Below, one piece after another: positions 28,381 through 39,432 of a stretch of 64,000 bases of DNA. The notes under the pieces were generated by a model. That model had not been told where the DNA came from. It saw nothing but the letters and a program-made list of their open reading frames with translations, and did no database searches. Position 1 is the first letter of the stretch; the number at the start of each line of letters is the position of its first letter. A program made the translations under genes and the position numbers. Origin of the DNA: Longimicrobiales bacterium (GTDB lineage Bacteria; Gemmatimonadota; Gemmatimonadetes; Longimicrobiales; Gaopeijiaceae); NCBI GenBank assembly GCA_965202805.1, contig OZ241869.1, positions 768,001 through 832,000 on the forward strand, in the 5' to 3' direction.

Positions 28381-31300
28381 ATGCGGGTGTTCGAGCTTGC
28401 GAGAGACTTGCGGGTCTCGTCGCGGATGCTGTTGACGCTACTGCGCAAGATGGGCGTAGCGCTGCACGGGGACAGGGATTTCGTGCCCGCCGACGATGTT
28501 TCGCGTCTGCTGGCGCGAATCGAGCGCGAGCGGCGACAGAGCGGTTTCGGGACCCGGGAAGCGGTGCAGGCCGCGCTGGAGGATGTCCGCGCAACCCATG
28601 TCCGGCGGAGGCGCAGCCGCAGGCGGATCAGGCGCGCGACACCCCCCGAGGCCGAAGTTGCGTCCGTGTCGGCTTCGGTTGCGGTGGAGGAGAGCCCGGG
28701 CACGACGGCTGCACCAGCGGATTCGCCACCCGCGCCCGGCGGAGAGCCGGATGGGTCGAGCGGTTCGCCGGAGTCCTCGCCCGGAGCAGTGGCCGCAGTG
28801 ACGTCCGGAGGCGCCGGGGCGGAGGAACTCGCCCGGCGCGTCGGTTCCGGAGCACGGCATGCATCCAACGGCGAAGCGCTGGCGGACGAGTCCGTGGCAT
28901 CGCGCGCGGACGTCTCCGAGGCCGGAGCCGATTCGCTCCCGGACGGCCCTGACCGCCTCGGCGATGCAATCCGGGCCACCGGTGGGAGGGATCCCGCGGC
29001 CGTAGCTGCCCCCGAGCCCTCGCAGGCTGTCGTTGGCGGTGAGCCGGGTGCGGCACGGCAGGCCGAGGGCGGGTCCGCCTCCGCTTCACCCCCGGCCGAC
29101 CATCGAGACACGGTCTCCGACCCACCGCCCGGAAGCGAGGTGGCGGCCCCGGTCGCCGACGCCGGAGCGTCTCCCGAGGCGCCTCCCTCCTCCACCTCCG
29201 CGCAACCTGAGGCGGCCTCCTCCGACCCTGGCCGGGCGGCCCCTGGCGGAGACGCGGACGTCACTCCCACGGAAACGTTCCCGGCGCCGGCGCGACCGAA
29301 GCTGCGTTCGGCGCGCAGCCAGGGCCCCGAGGGTCCCGTTCGCGTCGTGCGCAAGTCGCCGCGGCTGGCCCCGGCGGCCAGCGCGGGTCCCGGAGGGCAG
29401 GTGCGCATCCAGGCCGAGGGGTACGGGCCGGACGGAAGGCGCAAGAGAGGAAGGAAGAAGGGCAGAAGGCGCCAGCGGGTCGACCAGGGCGCGGTGCAGC
29501 AGAACATCCAGCGAGTGATGGCCGAACTGAAGGGCGGGGGCCGGCGTCGGCGCAAGAGTCGCGAGCCCCGTCCGACGGTGGAGGAAAAGGAGGCGCGCAA
29601 GGAGGAGGCCAGAAAGGAGGAAGAGCGCGAGGCCACCACGGTGCGCGTCAACGAGTTTCTGACCGTCGCCGAACTCGGGGAACTCATCGACATCTCTTCG
29701 ACCGAACTCATCGGCTCCGCGTTCAAGAGCCTGGGCCTCATGGTAACGATCAACCAGCGGCTGGATTTCGACCAGATTGAAATGCTGCTGGAGGAGTTCA
29801 ACTTCACCGCCGTGCGGGAGCAGGAGTACGGGGCGGCCGAAGAAGATGACCTCGAGGACGAGGACGATCTCGCGCTGGCGATGCCGCGCCCGCCGGTGGT
29901 CACGGTCATGGGTCACGTGGACCACGGCAAGACGAAGCTGCTCGACTCGATCCGAAACACCAACGTCGTCGCGGGCGAGTCCGGTGGCATCACGCAGCAT
30001 ATCGGCGCCCACCACGTGGAAGTGGACGGCGACCGCTCTCTCACGTTCCTGGATACGCCGGGCCACGCCGCCTTCACCGCAATGCGCGCGCGGGGCGCCG
30101 ACGTCACCGACATCGTGATCCTGGTGGTGGCGGCGGACGACTCGGTCATGCCGCAGACCATCGAGGCGATCTCGCACGCGCGAAACGCCGGCGTCCCCAT
30201 CGTGGTGGCCATCAACAAGATGGACCTTCCTGCGGCGAACGCCGACCGCGTCAAGCAGCAGCTCCTCAATCACGAAGTCACCGTGGAGGACTTCGGAGGC
30301 GACGTGCTCGTGGCGCCGATCTCCGCCCGCGACGGGACCGGAATCGACGAGCTGCTGGAGAAGGTGCTGCTTCAGGCCGAGCTGCTCGAGCTGAAGGCCA
30401 ATCCGGACCGCGCGGCGACGGGAGCCGTGATCGAAGCCAGGCTGGATATCGGGAAAGGCCCCGTCGTGTCCGTGCTGGTTCAGCGGGGCACCCTGCGGGT
30501 GGGCGACGACTTCATCTGCGGCAAATACGACGGCCGCGTGCGAGCGTTGCTGGACGAGCGCGGAGGCGTGGTGGAAGAGGCGGGCCCCGGGATTCCCGTG
30601 CAGATTCTGGGCGTGAGGGGCGTGCCCCAGGCGGGAGATACGCTGCAGGTCATGGAAGCCATGCGCGCGTCGGAGATCGCCGGCACCCGGCAGCGCCTGG
30701 AGCGGGAGAAGCTTCTGCGCATCAAGGATCGCGGGATCAGGCTCGGCGACTTCTCCCAGATCCTGTCGGCAGGTCAGGTGAGCACGCTGCCCCTCATTAT
30801 CAAGGGCGACGTGGACGGCTCCGTACAGGCGGTGTCGGACACGCTCCAGCGGCTCAGCACGGCGGAAGTGCAGGTGGAGATCGTCCACCGGGCCGTCGGG
30901 GCCATCAACGAGGAGGACGTCCTGCTGGCGCGTACCGCCGGCGGTGTGATCATCGGCTTCAGAGTGCGTCCCAACGTCAACGCCCGGCAGCTGGCCGAGC
31001 GTGAAGGCGTGGACATCCAGATCTACGACGTCATCTACGACGCCGAGAACGATGTGCGCGCCGCTCTCGAAGGCATGCTCGCACCCGAGCGCCGTGAGAA
31101 GGTTGTGGGAAGCGCGGAGGTGCGGGAGACCTTCAAGGTGACGAAGGTGGGCACCATCGCGGGCTGCTATGTGAGCGAAGGCGCTGTGGAACACCAGGCG
31201 ACGGTGCGCCTGATCCGGGACGGCATCGTAGCGTACACGGGGGAAATCGGTTCGCTCAAGCGGTTCAAGGACGACGTGAAACTGGTCCGCAACGGGCTCG

Positions 31301-31413
31301 AGTGCGGGATCGGAATCGCCAACTACAACGATGTCAAAGTGGGTGATGTCATCGAGTGCTTCGTGGTCGAGGAAGTCGCGCGCACCCTGGCCGGAAGTGC
31401 CCACGCGCGATGA
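28381..31413 (+). CDS. infB: Translation initiation factor IF-2
   Basis: [57 protein letters not shown]...GLECGI. Confidence 0.97.
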   Translation: MRVFELARDLRVSSRMLLTLLRKMGVALHGDRDFVPADDVSRLLARIERERRQSGFGTREAVQAALEDVRATHVRRRRSRRRIRRATPPEAEVASVSASVAVEESPGTTAAPADSPPAPGGEPDGSSGSPESSPGAVAAVTSGGAGAEELARRVGSGARHASNGEALADESVASRADVSEAGADSLPDGPDRLGDAIRATGGRDPAAVAAPEPSQAVVGGEPGAARQAEGGSASASPPADHRDTVSDPPPGSEVAAPVADAGASPEAPPSSTSAQPEAASSDPGRAAPGGDADVTPTETFPAPARPKLRSARSQGPEGPVRVVRKSPRLAPAASAGPGGQVRIQAEGYGPDGRRKRGRKKGRRRQRVDQGAVQQNIQRVMAELKGGGRRRRKSREPRPTVEEKEARKEEARKEEEREATTVRVNEFLTVAELGELIDISSTELIGSAFKSLGLMVTINQRLDFDQIEMLLEEFNFTAVREQEYGAAEEDDLEDEDDLALAMPRPPVVTVMGHVDHGKTKLLDSIRNTNVVAGESGGITQHIGAHHVEVDGDRSLTFLDTPGHAAFTAMRARGADVTDIVILVVAADDSVMPQTIEAISHARNAGVPIVVAINKMDLPAANADRVKQQLLNHEVTVEDFGGDVLVAPISARDGTGIDELLEKVLLQAELLELKANPDRAATGAVIEARLDIGKGPVVSVLVQRGTLRVGDDFICGKYDGRVRALLDERGGVVEEAGPGIPVQILGVRGVPQAGDTLQVMEAMRASEIAGTRQRLEREKLLRIKDRGIRLGDFSQILSAGQVSTLPLIIKGDVDGSVQAVSDTLQRLSTAEVQVEIVHRAVGAINEEDVLLARTAGGVIIGFRVRPNVNARQLAEREGVDIQIYDVIYDAENDVRAALEGMLAPERREKVVGSAEVRETFKVTKVGTIAGCYVSEGAVEHQATVRLIRDGIVAYTGEIGSLKRFKDDVKLVRNGLECGIGIANYNDVKVGDVIECFVVEEVARTLAGSAHAR

Positions 31414-31443
31414 AGCTGCAGGCGGTCCGGCAGGTCGCCGGCC

Positions 31444-31725
31444 GTGGTGATCGGGGCGATCTCCTGGGACCTGCTGCTTCCGGGGTGCGTGTCCCTCAAG
31501 GACAAGCGCCGCGTTGTCCGGTCCCTGAAGGACCGCATGCGCCACCGCTTCAACGTCGGGGTCTCGGAGACCCATATGCGGGAGCTGCACGCGCGAGCGG
31601 GTCTGACGGCGGTCTTCGTAACCACGGAGGGGCGTCATGCCGAGTCGATTCGCGGCCACCTCGCCGGTTTCGTCGAAGCCGATGGCCGCGTCGTCGTATT
31701 GACGGCCCGCGATCCCCTGGCCTGA
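31444..31725 (+). CDS. DUF503 (YlxP-like) protein
   Basis: LLPGCVSLKDKRRVVRSLKDRMRHRFNVGVSE; typical position between infB and rbfA. Confidence 0.85.
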   Translation: MVIGAISWDLLLPGCVSLKDKRRVVRSLKDRMRHRFNVGVSETHMRELHARAGLTAVFVTTEGRHAESIRGHLAGFVEADGRVVVLTARDPLA

Positions 31726-31793
31726 AGCCCCCCGGGGCTCCCTTGGAGGTCGGCGTGGCCGCCTGGTTCTTCGGCCCCGGTCCCTGATCGCAG

Positions 31794-32165
31794 ATGGCTC
31801 GACGGCTCGCCCGGGTGAACAGCCAGTTGCAGCGGGAGATCACGCGCATCCTCCGCAGCCAGGTGCGCGATCCCCGGGTAGGCACGCCGGTGGTCACCGA
31901 AGTCCGGGTGACCTCCGATCTCTCGTTCGCGCGGGTCTTCGTAAGGCTGGACGGCAGCGACCGCGAACGCGATCAGGCAATGGAAGGTCTCTCGGCTTCG
32001 GCTGCGTTCATCAGGGGATCGCTCGGCGCGGAGCTCCACATCCGGCGCGTACCCGAGCTGCGGTTCGTCGAAGATACCTCGCTCGAGCATGCCGCGCGTA
32101 TCGAACAGATCCTCAGGGATGTACTCCCCGGCGACGACAAGGCCGGGGAAGGGGAGGAGACATGA
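31794..32165 (+). CDS. rbfA: Ribosome-binding factor A
   Basis: RLARVNSQLQREI, VRDPRV, VTEVRVTSDLSFARV, RRVPELRFVEDTS. Confidence 0.95.
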   Translation: MARRLARVNSQLQREITRILRSQVRDPRVGTPVVTEVRVTSDLSFARVFVRLDGSDRERDQAMEGLSASAAFIRGSLGAELHIRRVPELRFVEDTSLEHAARIEQILRDVLPGDDKAGEGEET

Positions 32166-33040
32166 GCCGTCCTCGCGACGGCGTGTTGCTGGTGGACAAG
32201 CCCATCGGCCCCACCTCCCACGACATCGTCCGGGAAGCACGCGCCCGTCTGGGCCTCCGGCGCGTCGGCCATGCCGGGACCCTGGATCCCTTCGCCTCGG
32301 GTCTGCTCCTCCTCTGCCTCGGCCCTTCCACCCGCATTTCCCAGTACCTGTCGGCGTTGGACAAGAGCTACCTGGCGACCGCCCGCGTCGGCGTGTCGAC
32401 CAGCACACACGACCTGGAAGGGGACGTCGTGGACGACAGCTCCCGGTGGCGTGAACTGGACGAGCGCACGGTCCGGGAGGCCCTCGCGGCGCTCCAGGGC
32501 CCGACCTTGCAGGTTCCGCCGCGCTATTCCGCCAAGAAGGTGCGGGGGACCGCCGCCCACCGCCGCTCACGCGGGGGCGAGATGGTGGAGCTCGAACCGG
32601 TTCCGGTCGAGGTGTACGAGATACGAGAAATCCGCTGTGCGCTTCCGTTCGTCACCTTTGCGGTGCGCTGTTCCTCCGGAACCTACGTCCGGGCGCTCGC
32701 GCGCGATCTGGGGAAGGCATTGGGGACCGGAGCCCACCTTACCGCACTCCGACGCATCCGGGTGGGCGCGATGAACGTCCGTGACGCGGTGCCCGCGGGC
32801 GAGTTGCGCGAAGAAGTGCCCCCGGCCGCGCACCTGTCCGCCGCGAGAGCGCTGGCGCACCTGCCAGCCGTGCGCGTGGACGAGGCGGATGCCGCTCGCC
32901 TGGCCTGCGGGCAGGCTGTCGAGCCGATCCTCGATCCCGTGCCCGAGGCCGATCCGGTAGTGGCGCTGGAAGGCGGGACCCTGGTCGCCATCGGGATCGG
33001 CCGGAGCGGGGTGCTGAAACCGCGCAAGGTGTTCCGGTGA
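32162..33040 (+). CDS. truB: tRNA pseudouridine(55) synthase
   Basis: VDKPIGPTSHD, VGHAGTLDPFASG, QVPPRYSAKKV, CSSGTYVRALARDLG. Confidence 0.96.
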   Translation: MSRPRDGVLLVDKPIGPTSHDIVREARARLGLRRVGHAGTLDPFASGLLLLCLGPSTRISQYLSALDKSYLATARVGVSTSTHDLEGDVVDDSSRWRELDERTVREALAALQGPTLQVPPRYSAKKVRGTAAHRRSRGGEMVELEPVPVEVYEIREIRCALPFVTFAVRCSSGTYVRALARDLGKALGTGAHLTALRRIRVGAMNVRDAVPAGELREEVPPAAHLSAARALAHLPAVRVDEADAARLACGQAVEPILDPVPEADPVVALEGGTLVAIGIGRSGVLKPRKVFR

Positions 33041-34044
33041 CGGCGTCCGGCCGCCCGGAAGGTCGTGGCGCGGGACCGGCCCTTCCCGCGCTTGTTCCGC
33101 GCTGTCAGCGAGGGAGCGTCGTCACGGTGGGTACGTTCGACGGCGTCCACCCGGGCCACTGGGAGGTGCTGCGCGAGATGAGCCGGCGAGCCCGCCGCAC
33201 GGGCAGACCCAGCGTCCTGGTGACCTTCCGTCCGCATCCGCTGCAGGTCCTGCGGCCGGAGGACGCGCCACGGCTCCTGACCACGTCGATCGAGAAAAAG
33301 GAGATTCTCGCGCAAACCGGCCTCGACTACGCCGTCTTTCTGCCGTTCACGCGAGCGCTCGCCCGATACACGCCACGGCGTTTCGTCGAGGAGATTCTGG
33401 TCGCCCGCATGAGGGTCAGGGAGCTCGTGATCGGCTACGACCACGGCTTCGGCCGGGGGCGGTCGGGAGACGCCGACGCTCTGGGTGCGATGGGGAAGGA
33501 GCTGGGGTTCGGCGTCCAGGTGGTACCGCCCGTCGTGGCCGGCGGCGGTCCCGTGTCCTCAAGCCGGATTCGCAGGGCACTGCTTGCGGGCGACGTGCGC
33601 GCGGCGCACAAGGGGCTGGGGCGTCCGTACTCGCTGCGTGGAGTGGTGGTGCGGGGCGACGGCCGGGGGCGGCGCCTGGGATTCCCTACCGCGAACCTCG
33701 AGATTCGGGATTCCCGGAAGCTCATTCCGGGCGAGGGAATCTACGCGGTGCGCGCCAGGTTGCCCGCGGGCACGAGGGACGGAGCTCTCCACATCGGACC
33801 ACGCCCTGTCTTCCCCGGTGCCCGAGCCACGATAGAAGTCCATCTTCTCGACTACAATGCCGATCTGTACGGGGCCGAACTCCAGCTGGATCTGATCGAA
33901 CGGCTCCGTGAGGTGCGGCCCTTTGCCACCGTCGCAGACTTGATCAGCCGGATGAACCAGGATGTCCGGCAGGCCCGCCGCATCCTGGACGAGTATCGAG
34001 ACCGCGATTCCTCTCCGCAAACCAGATCCCGGATGACACCATGA
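33037..34044 (+). CDS. ribF: Bifunctional riboflavin kinase/FAD synthetase
   Basis: GTFDGVHPGH, GYDHGFG, VSSSRIR, GFPTAN, IEVHLLD. Confidence 0.95.
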   Translation: MTASGRPEGRGAGPALPALVPRCQRGSVVTVGTFDGVHPGHWEVLREMSRRARRTGRPSVLVTFRPHPLQVLRPEDAPRLLTTSIEKKEILAQTGLDYAVFLPFTRALARYTPRRFVEEILVARMRVRELVIGYDHGFGRGRSGDADALGAMGKELGFGVQVVPPVVAGGGPVSSSRIRRALLAGDVRAAHKGLGRPYSLRGVVVRGDGRGRRLGFPTANLEIRDSRKLIPGEGIYAVRARLPAGTRDGALHIGPRPVFPGARATIEVHLLDYNADLYGAELQLDLIERLREVRPFATVADLISRMNQDVRQARRILDEYRDRDSSPQTRSRMTP

Positions 34045-34385
34045 CCGAACTGACTCGACAGACGTGCGAACCGTGCAGGGTGGGAGCGCCCCCCGCCAGC
34101 GACAGCGAAATCGCGGCCTGGCGTCCACAGATTCCCGACTGGGAAATCGTTGAGCGCGAAGGCGTTCCGCGTCTGGAGCGCGTCTTCTCCTTCCCGGACT
34201 TCGTCCAGGCGCTCTCGTTCACCAACCGGGTCGGCGCGCTCGCCGAGGAGCAGGGGCACCACCCGGCCCTGCTGACGGAATGGGGACGCGTCACTGTCGG
34301 CTGGTGGACCCACAAGATCCGCAACCTCCATGTAAACGACTTCGTAATGGCTGCCAGGACCGACGTGGCTTTCGGCGAAGGCTGA
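34041..34385 (+). CDS. phhB: Pterin-4-alpha-carbinolamine dehydratase
   Basis: CEPCRVGAP, AEEQGHHPALLTEWGRVTVGWWTH, NDFVMAARTD. Confidence 0.92.
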   Translation: MTELTRQTCEPCRVGAPPASDSEIAAWRPQIPDWEIVEREGVPRLERVFSFPDFVQALSFTNRVGALAEEQGHHPALLTEWGRVTVGWWTHKIRNLHVNDFVMAARTDVAFGEG

Positions 34386-34413
34386 GCCGTGTTGCCCGGT
34401 TGGAGCGCGCGCC

Positions 34414-34442
34414 TTGTAGCCTCCACCCCTTATGGCTAGCTT
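34414..34442 (+). promoter_or_regulatory. Sigma70-type promoter of rpsO-pnp
   Basis: TTGTAG-17 bp-TAGCTT. Confidence 0.5.
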
Positions 34443-34521
34443 TGGTCGCCGTTTACAAGTCAGTGGGTTCGCGCCCGGGCTTCCCTTGTAGCGTTCAGAC
34501 TCTTGAGGAGGCGTTCCCGCG

Positions 34522-34782
34522 ATGGGATTCGTAAAGGAAGAAGTCATCCGGAAGTACCAGGTTCACGATGGTGACCGGGGCAGCGCCCCCGTTCAGATCG
34601 CGATCCTGACCCACCGAATCAATCATCTCCAGGGTCACTTCCGCGAACACAAGAAGGACCATCACAGCCGCCAGGGTCTGCTCAGGATGGTGGGCCGGCG
34701 AAGGCGGCTCCTCGAGTACATGAAGCGGACCGACTACGAGAAGTACCGCGAACTCATCGCGGACCTCGGTCTCCGCCACTAG
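34522..34782 (+). CDS. rpsO: 30S ribosomal protein S15
   Basis: [47 protein letters not shown]. Confidence 0.97.
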   Translation: MGFVKEEVIRKYQVHDGDRGSAPVQIAILTHRINHLQGHFREHKKDHHSRQGLLRMVGRRRRLLEYMKRTDYEKYRELIADLGLRH

Positions 34783-34790
34783 GTCAGAGC

Positions 34791-36917
34791 ATGCTGAAAA
34801 GAATCGAGCGACAGTTTGCAGGACGCACCCTGGTCCTGGAGACCGGGCGCATGGCGAGGCAGGCCCACGGAGCCTGCCTCGTTCGTTTTGGCGACACCAT
34901 GGTGCTGTGCACCGCCACGGCGCAGACCAGGCCCACCCACCTCCCCTTCTTCCCTCTCACGGTCGAGTACCGGGAGAAGACCTACGCGGGCGGCAAGATC
35001 CCCGGGGGCTTCTTCAAGCGGGAGGGGCGCCCGGGCGAGAAGGAGATCCTTGCCGCGCGCTCCATCGATCGCCCCATCCGCCCGCTGTTCCCGAAAGGGT
35101 ACATGAACGAAACCCAGATCATCTGCTACATCCTGAGCGCGGACCAGGAAAACGACGCGGACGTCCTCGGTCTGATGGGCGCCTCGGTGGCGCTCAACAT
35201 GTCGAAGATTCCGTTCCACATCCCGGTGGCGTCGGTGCGCATGGGCCGGATTCAGGGCGCCTGGATCGTGAATCCCACCTTCCAGCAACTCGAGTACTCC
35301 GACGTCGACCTGGTGGTGGCGGGATCCGCCGAGGCGATCACCATGGTGGAGGGCGCCGCGGTCGAGGTGCCCGAAGAGGATCTCCTCGAGGGGCTGGGGG
35401 AGGCTCATGGAGCGATCCGCGAACTGGTGGCCATGCAGCGTGACCTCATCGCCGGCGCCTGCGCGGAGGAAATGGAATGGACGAGCGTGGAGCCGGCCCG
35501 TGAACTGGTCGACCAGGTCGAGGCGCTCGCCCGGAAGAGGGTGGCGGCCGCGCTCGAGGTGGAGGAGAAGCAGGCCCGCGCCGCCGCGCTGGCGGAGCTC
35601 GGAGAGGAGGTGGCCGGCCAGGTGCAGAGCGGGGGGACGGAGAGCGACGAAGTTCGCGCCGCCGTGACCGGAGTCCTGCGCAAGCTGGAGAAGCACCATG
35701 TGCGTGCGCGCATCCTCGACGAGGGCAAACGCGCCGACGGTCGCGGAGTGGACGATATCCGCGAACTCGGGTGTGAGGTGGGCGTTCTGCCCCGGCCGCA
35801 CGGATCGGCGCTCTTCACGCGCGGGCAGACCCAGGCTCTGGGCGTGGTCACCCTCGGCACTTCGCGGGACGAACAGCGCATCGATTCGATCGATACGCTC
35901 GAGGAGACCACGAAGTCGTTCATGCTCCACTACAACTTCCCCCCCTTCTCGGTGGGCGAAGCGAGGCCCATCCGCGGGACGTCGCGGCGTGAGGTGGGGC
36001 ATGGAAATCTGGCCGAACGCGCCGTTCAGCCCCTTCTTCCCGATTACGACGATTTCCCCTATACCATCCGCGTGGTTTCCGATGTTCTGGAGTCGAACGG
36101 CTCTTCCTCCATGGCCTCCGTCTGCGCGGCTTCGCTGTCGCTGATGGATGCCGGGGTTCCGCTCCGGGCCTCGTGCGCCGGGGTCGCGATGGGGCTGGTG
36201 AAGGAGGGAGGACGCTTCGCGGTCCTCACCGACATCCTGGGGCTCGAGGACGCACTGGGCGACATGGACTTCAAGGTGGCCGGGACGCGCAAGGGCGTCA
36301 CCGCAATCCAGATGGACATCAAGATCGAGGGACTCGATCTGGAGATCATGCAGCAGGCGCTGGGAAGGGCGCGCACGGCGCGGCACCGCATCCTCGACGC
36401 CATGGATCACGCGATTCCCTCGGCGCGCACGAACCTGTCCCAGTACGCTCCACGCATCATCTCCGTCTCGATCAACCCTGAGAAAATTGGTGAGATAATC
36501 GGGCCTAAAGGAAAGACTATCAGGGCGATACAAGATGAAACCGGAGCCAAGATCGACATTGAGGACTCCGGGGTGGTGAAGATTGCGGCCGTCTCGGGCG
36601 AGGCTGGCGTACGCGCCCGCGAGATGATCGAGGCCATCGCCCAGGAGCCCGAGGTCGGACGCATCTACGAGGGTCCGGTCAAGAACACCACCACCTTCGG
36701 AGCCTTCATCGAGATCTTCCCGGGCACCGAAGGGCTTTGCCACATCTCCGAACTCGCCGAAGGCCGTGTGGGCAAGACCGAAGACGTCCTCAAGGTCGGT
36801 GAGATCGCGCGGGTCAAGCTGCTCGCCATCGATGAGAAGGGCCGCCTGCGTCTCTCCAGACGCGCGGCGCTCGCCGACAACACCCGGGGCGGAGCGTCGT
36901 CCCGGGGCCGCCGGTGA
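34791..36917 (+). CDS. pnp: Polyribonucleotide nucleotidyltransferase
   Basis: [54 protein letters not shown] and S1 domains. Confidence 0.97.
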   Translation: MLKRIERQFAGRTLVLETGRMARQAHGACLVRFGDTMVLCTATAQTRPTHLPFFPLTVEYREKTYAGGKIPGGFFKREGRPGEKEILAARSIDRPIRPLFPKGYMNETQIICYILSADQENDADVLGLMGASVALNMSKIPFHIPVASVRMGRIQGAWIVNPTFQQLEYSDVDLVVAGSAEAITMVEGAAVEVPEEDLLEGLGEAHGAIRELVAMQRDLIAGACAEEMEWTSVEPARELVDQVEALARKRVAAALEVEEKQARAAALAELGEEVAGQVQSGGTESDEVRAAVTGVLRKLEKHHVRARILDEGKRADGRGVDDIRELGCEVGVLPRPHGSALFTRGQTQALGVVTLGTSRDEQRIDSIDTLEETTKSFMLHYNFPPFSVGEARPIRGTSRREVGHGNLAERAVQPLLPDYDDFPYTIRVVSDVLESNGSSSMASVCAASLSLMDAGVPLRASCAGVAMGLVKEGGRFAVLTDILGLEDALGDMDFKVAGTRKGVTAIQMDIKIEGLDLEIMQQALGRARTARHRILDAMDHAIPSARTNLSQYAPRIISVSINPEKIGEIIGPKGKTIRAIQDETGAKIDIEDSGVVKIAAVSGEAGVRAREMIEAIAQEPEVGRIYEGPVKNTTTFGAFIEIFPGTEGLCHISELAEGRVGKTEDVLKVGEIARVKLLAIDEKGRLRLSRRAALADNTRGGASSRGRR

Positions 36918-38224
36918 CGCCTGCCCGCCACCGTCGATCCCTGCGGTCCGCCGGACCGGTCGCGTCGCCTCCCGCAGCCCCGCCCACAACCCTGAACCGG
37001 GACCGCATGGCGGTCACTGCGCTCCCGTCCGGCATCCAGGTCATGAGCGAGTCGATTCCCGGAGTCCGCTCCGCGGCGGTCGGCGTCTGGGTCCCGCACG
37101 GCGCCGCGCACGACGGAGAGGAGGTTCTGGGGGCGAGCCATCTGCTGGAGCACATGGTCTTCCGGGGAACGCAGCACCGTTCACGCGAACAGATCGCGCT
37201 CGCGCTGGAGAGCCTGGGCGGTTCCCTGGACGCCTTCACGAGCCGGGAACACACGAGCTTCCAGGCCCGCGTGCTGGACGAACATCTGCCCCAGGCGCTC
37301 GATGTGCTTGCGGACCTGGTGCTCTTCCCCAGGCTCCTCGACAAGGACCTGGAGCTTGAGCGTCATGTCGTTCTCGAAGAGATATCCACGATCGAAGATG
37401 CCCCGGAGGACTTCGCCTTCGAGCTGCACGGGCAACACCTGTGGGACGGGCATCCCTATGGGGCGTCCATTCTCGGCACCCGCGAAACCGTGTCGGCGAT
37501 CGGGGGAGATGCCTTGCGGGATCTGCACCGGGGGCGCTATGGGGCCGCGGGCATGGTCGTAGCCGCCACCGGCAATGTGGTGCACGACGAGGTGGTTGAA
37601 CTCGCCGCGCACTACTTCCGCAGCGCGGGCCACCGTATTCCGGCGGCCCCGATCGCCGAGCCGCGGCCGGTGGGGGGAAGCGAGGTCCATGTCCGGCGGC
37701 AGACGGCCCAGACCCACATCGTTGCCGGCACCGTAACCCCTCCCAGAGCCGACACCAGGCGATACGCGCTGGTGCTGCTCGCGGCGGCAATGGGCGGCGG
37801 CATGAGCTCCCGGCTGTTCCGGCGCATTCGCGAGGAGCTGGGGCTGGCCTACTCGGTGTACACCTTCCAGTCCTTCTATTCGCGGGCGGGGATATCCGGC
37901 ATCTATGCGGGCACCCGTCACGACGCGGCCGGCCAGGTCATCGACGCCATCAGGGAAGAGCTGGCGGCCGTCGCCCGGGATGGCCTTTCGCGCGACGACC
38001 TCGTCCAGATCAAGAGTCAGGTCAAGGGGCAGATCATGCTTTCCCTGGAGAGCCCCGGTGCCCGGCTGTACCGGCTGGCGGGGTTCGCCCTGCACGAGGA
38101 GCCCTTCACCACGCTGGACGAACTCCTGTCCCGCATCGACCGCGTGACGGAAGCGGAAGTCGCCGACTCCGCGGCCGAGTTCTTTCATCCCGACCGTCAG
38201 TGCCTGCTTCGCCTGGGACCCTGA
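36914..38224 (+). CDS. M16 family zinc peptidase
   Basis: Inverted HxxEH (HLLEHMVFRGT), AFTSREHT, GGGMSSRLF..IREELGLAYSV. Start may be ATG 37007. Confidence 0.92.
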   Translation: MTPARHRRSLRSAGPVASPPAAPPTTLNRDRMAVTALPSGIQVMSESIPGVRSAAVGVWVPHGAAHDGEEVLGASHLLEHMVFRGTQHRSREQIALALESLGGSLDAFTSREHTSFQARVLDEHLPQALDVLADLVLFPRLLDKDLELERHVVLEEISTIEDAPEDFAFELHGQHLWDGHPYGASILGTRETVSAIGGDALRDLHRGRYGAAGMVVAATGNVVHDEVVELAAHYFRSAGHRIPAAPIAEPRPVGGSEVHVRRQTAQTHIVAGTVTPPRADTRRYALVLLAAAMGGGMSSRLFRRIREELGLAYSVYTFQSFYSRAGISGIYAGTRHDAAGQVIDAIREELAAVARDGLSRDDLVQIKSQVKGQIMLSLESPGARLYRLAGFALHEEPFTTLDELLSRIDRVTEAEVADSAAEFFHPDRQCLLRLGP

Positions 38225-38234
38225 GCCGCCGCGC

Positions 38235-39347
38235 ATGCTGATCGGTGTTCCCGCCGAGCGCAAGACGCACGAGTACCGGGTTGCACTGGTTCCGGCGGGT
38301 GTGGAAGCGCTCACCCGGGCGGGCCATCAGGTGCTGGTCGAGAAGGGTGCCGGCCTGGCCAGCGGGTTCACCGACGATTTCTACCAGCGCGCGGGCGCGC
38401 AGGTGGTGGAGAGCGCGCGTGAGCTGTGGGCGCGCGCCGCCATGATCGTGAAGGTGAAGGAACCTCTCGCGGAGGAGTGGCCCGACATGCGGGAGGGGCA
38501 GATCGTCTTCACCTATTTTCACTTCGCGGCATCCGAGGCCCTCACCCGGGCGGTCAGGGAGTCCGGCACCGTGGCCATCGCGTACGAGACGGTTGCCACC
38601 GACGAGGGCGCACTGCCCCTGCTTACGCCGATGAGCGAGGTGGCCGGGAGGATGGCGGTACAGGAGGGCGTGCGGTACCTGACGCGCCCTTCCGGCGGCA
38701 GCGGAATCCTCATCGGAGGTGTGCCGGGGGTCATGCCCGGCAAGGTGCTGATTCTGGGTGGCGGCGTCGTGGGTACGCAGGCGGCCAGGGTGGCCGCGGG
38801 GCTGGGCGCGCGCGTCTCCATTCTGGACACGTCGCTTCCCCGGCTCCGGCATCTGGCGGATGTGATGCCCGCGGGCGTCCATCCCCTCTATTCGACGCGC
38901 TACGCGGTGCGCAAACAGTTGCGCGATTCGGACCTGATCATCGGGGCGGTGCTCCTGGCCGGTGCCCGGACGCCGTTCCTGGTGTTCGAGGATGATCTCG
39001 CAACCATGCGTCCGGGGTCGGTCATCGTGGACGTATCCGTCGACCAGGGCGGATGCGTCGAGACGATCCGACCCACCACGCATGAAGCTCCCACCTACGT
39101 CGTGAACGGCGTGATCCACTACGGCGTCACCAACATTCCGGGCAGCGTGCCCCGAACGAGCACGCTGGCCCTCACGAACGCCACGCTGCCCTGCATCCTG
39201 GAGCTCGCAGGCAGAGGCTGGCAGGATGCCTGCCGCCGCAATCCTGCCCTTGCCCGTGGTCTGAACGTGGTCCGGGGCGAGGTTGTTCACGCCGCAGTGG
39301 CGGACGCCCTTGGCATGCAATTCACACCACTCGACAGTTGTTTCTGA
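38235..39347 (+). CDS. ald: Alanine dehydrogenase
   Basis: IGVPAERKTHEYRVAL, VKVKEP, FTYFHFA, PLLTPMSEVAGR, GGGVVG, DQGGCVET. Confidence 0.95.
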   Translation: MLIGVPAERKTHEYRVALVPAGVEALTRAGHQVLVEKGAGLASGFTDDFYQRAGAQVVESARELWARAAMIVKVKEPLAEEWPDMREGQIVFTYFHFAASEALTRAVRESGTVAIAYETVATDEGALPLLTPMSEVAGRMAVQEGVRYLTRPSGGSGILIGGVPGVMPGKVLILGGGVVGTQAARVAAGLGARVSILDTSLPRLRHLADVMPAGVHPLYSTRYAVRKQLRDSDLIIGAVLLAGARTPFLVFEDDLATMRPGSVIVDVSVDQGGCVETIRPTTHEAPTYVVNGVIHYGVTNIPGSVPRTSTLALTNATLPCILELAGRGWQDACRRNPALARGLNVVRGEVVHAAVADALGMQFTPLDSCF

Positions 39348-39403
39348 CCCGTGTCGGGAGGCGGAAACCCTTCGAATGCTCCACGTGAGGCAGAATCCGA
39401 ATC

Positions 39404-39432
39404 TTGCTCCTGATCACGCCGCAACTTAAGAT
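39404..39432 (+). promoter_or_regulatory. Sigma70-type promoter of the mreBCD operon
   Basis: TTGCTC-17 bp-TAAGAT. Confidence 0.55.

Noticed and set aside
29086..31659. Very long antisense ORFs (also 928-3006, 9228-11786, 18395-20293, 34779-36989 and others)
   Set aside because: Shadow ORFs opposite well-conserved genes, expected from high-GC codon bias; no recognisable motifs.
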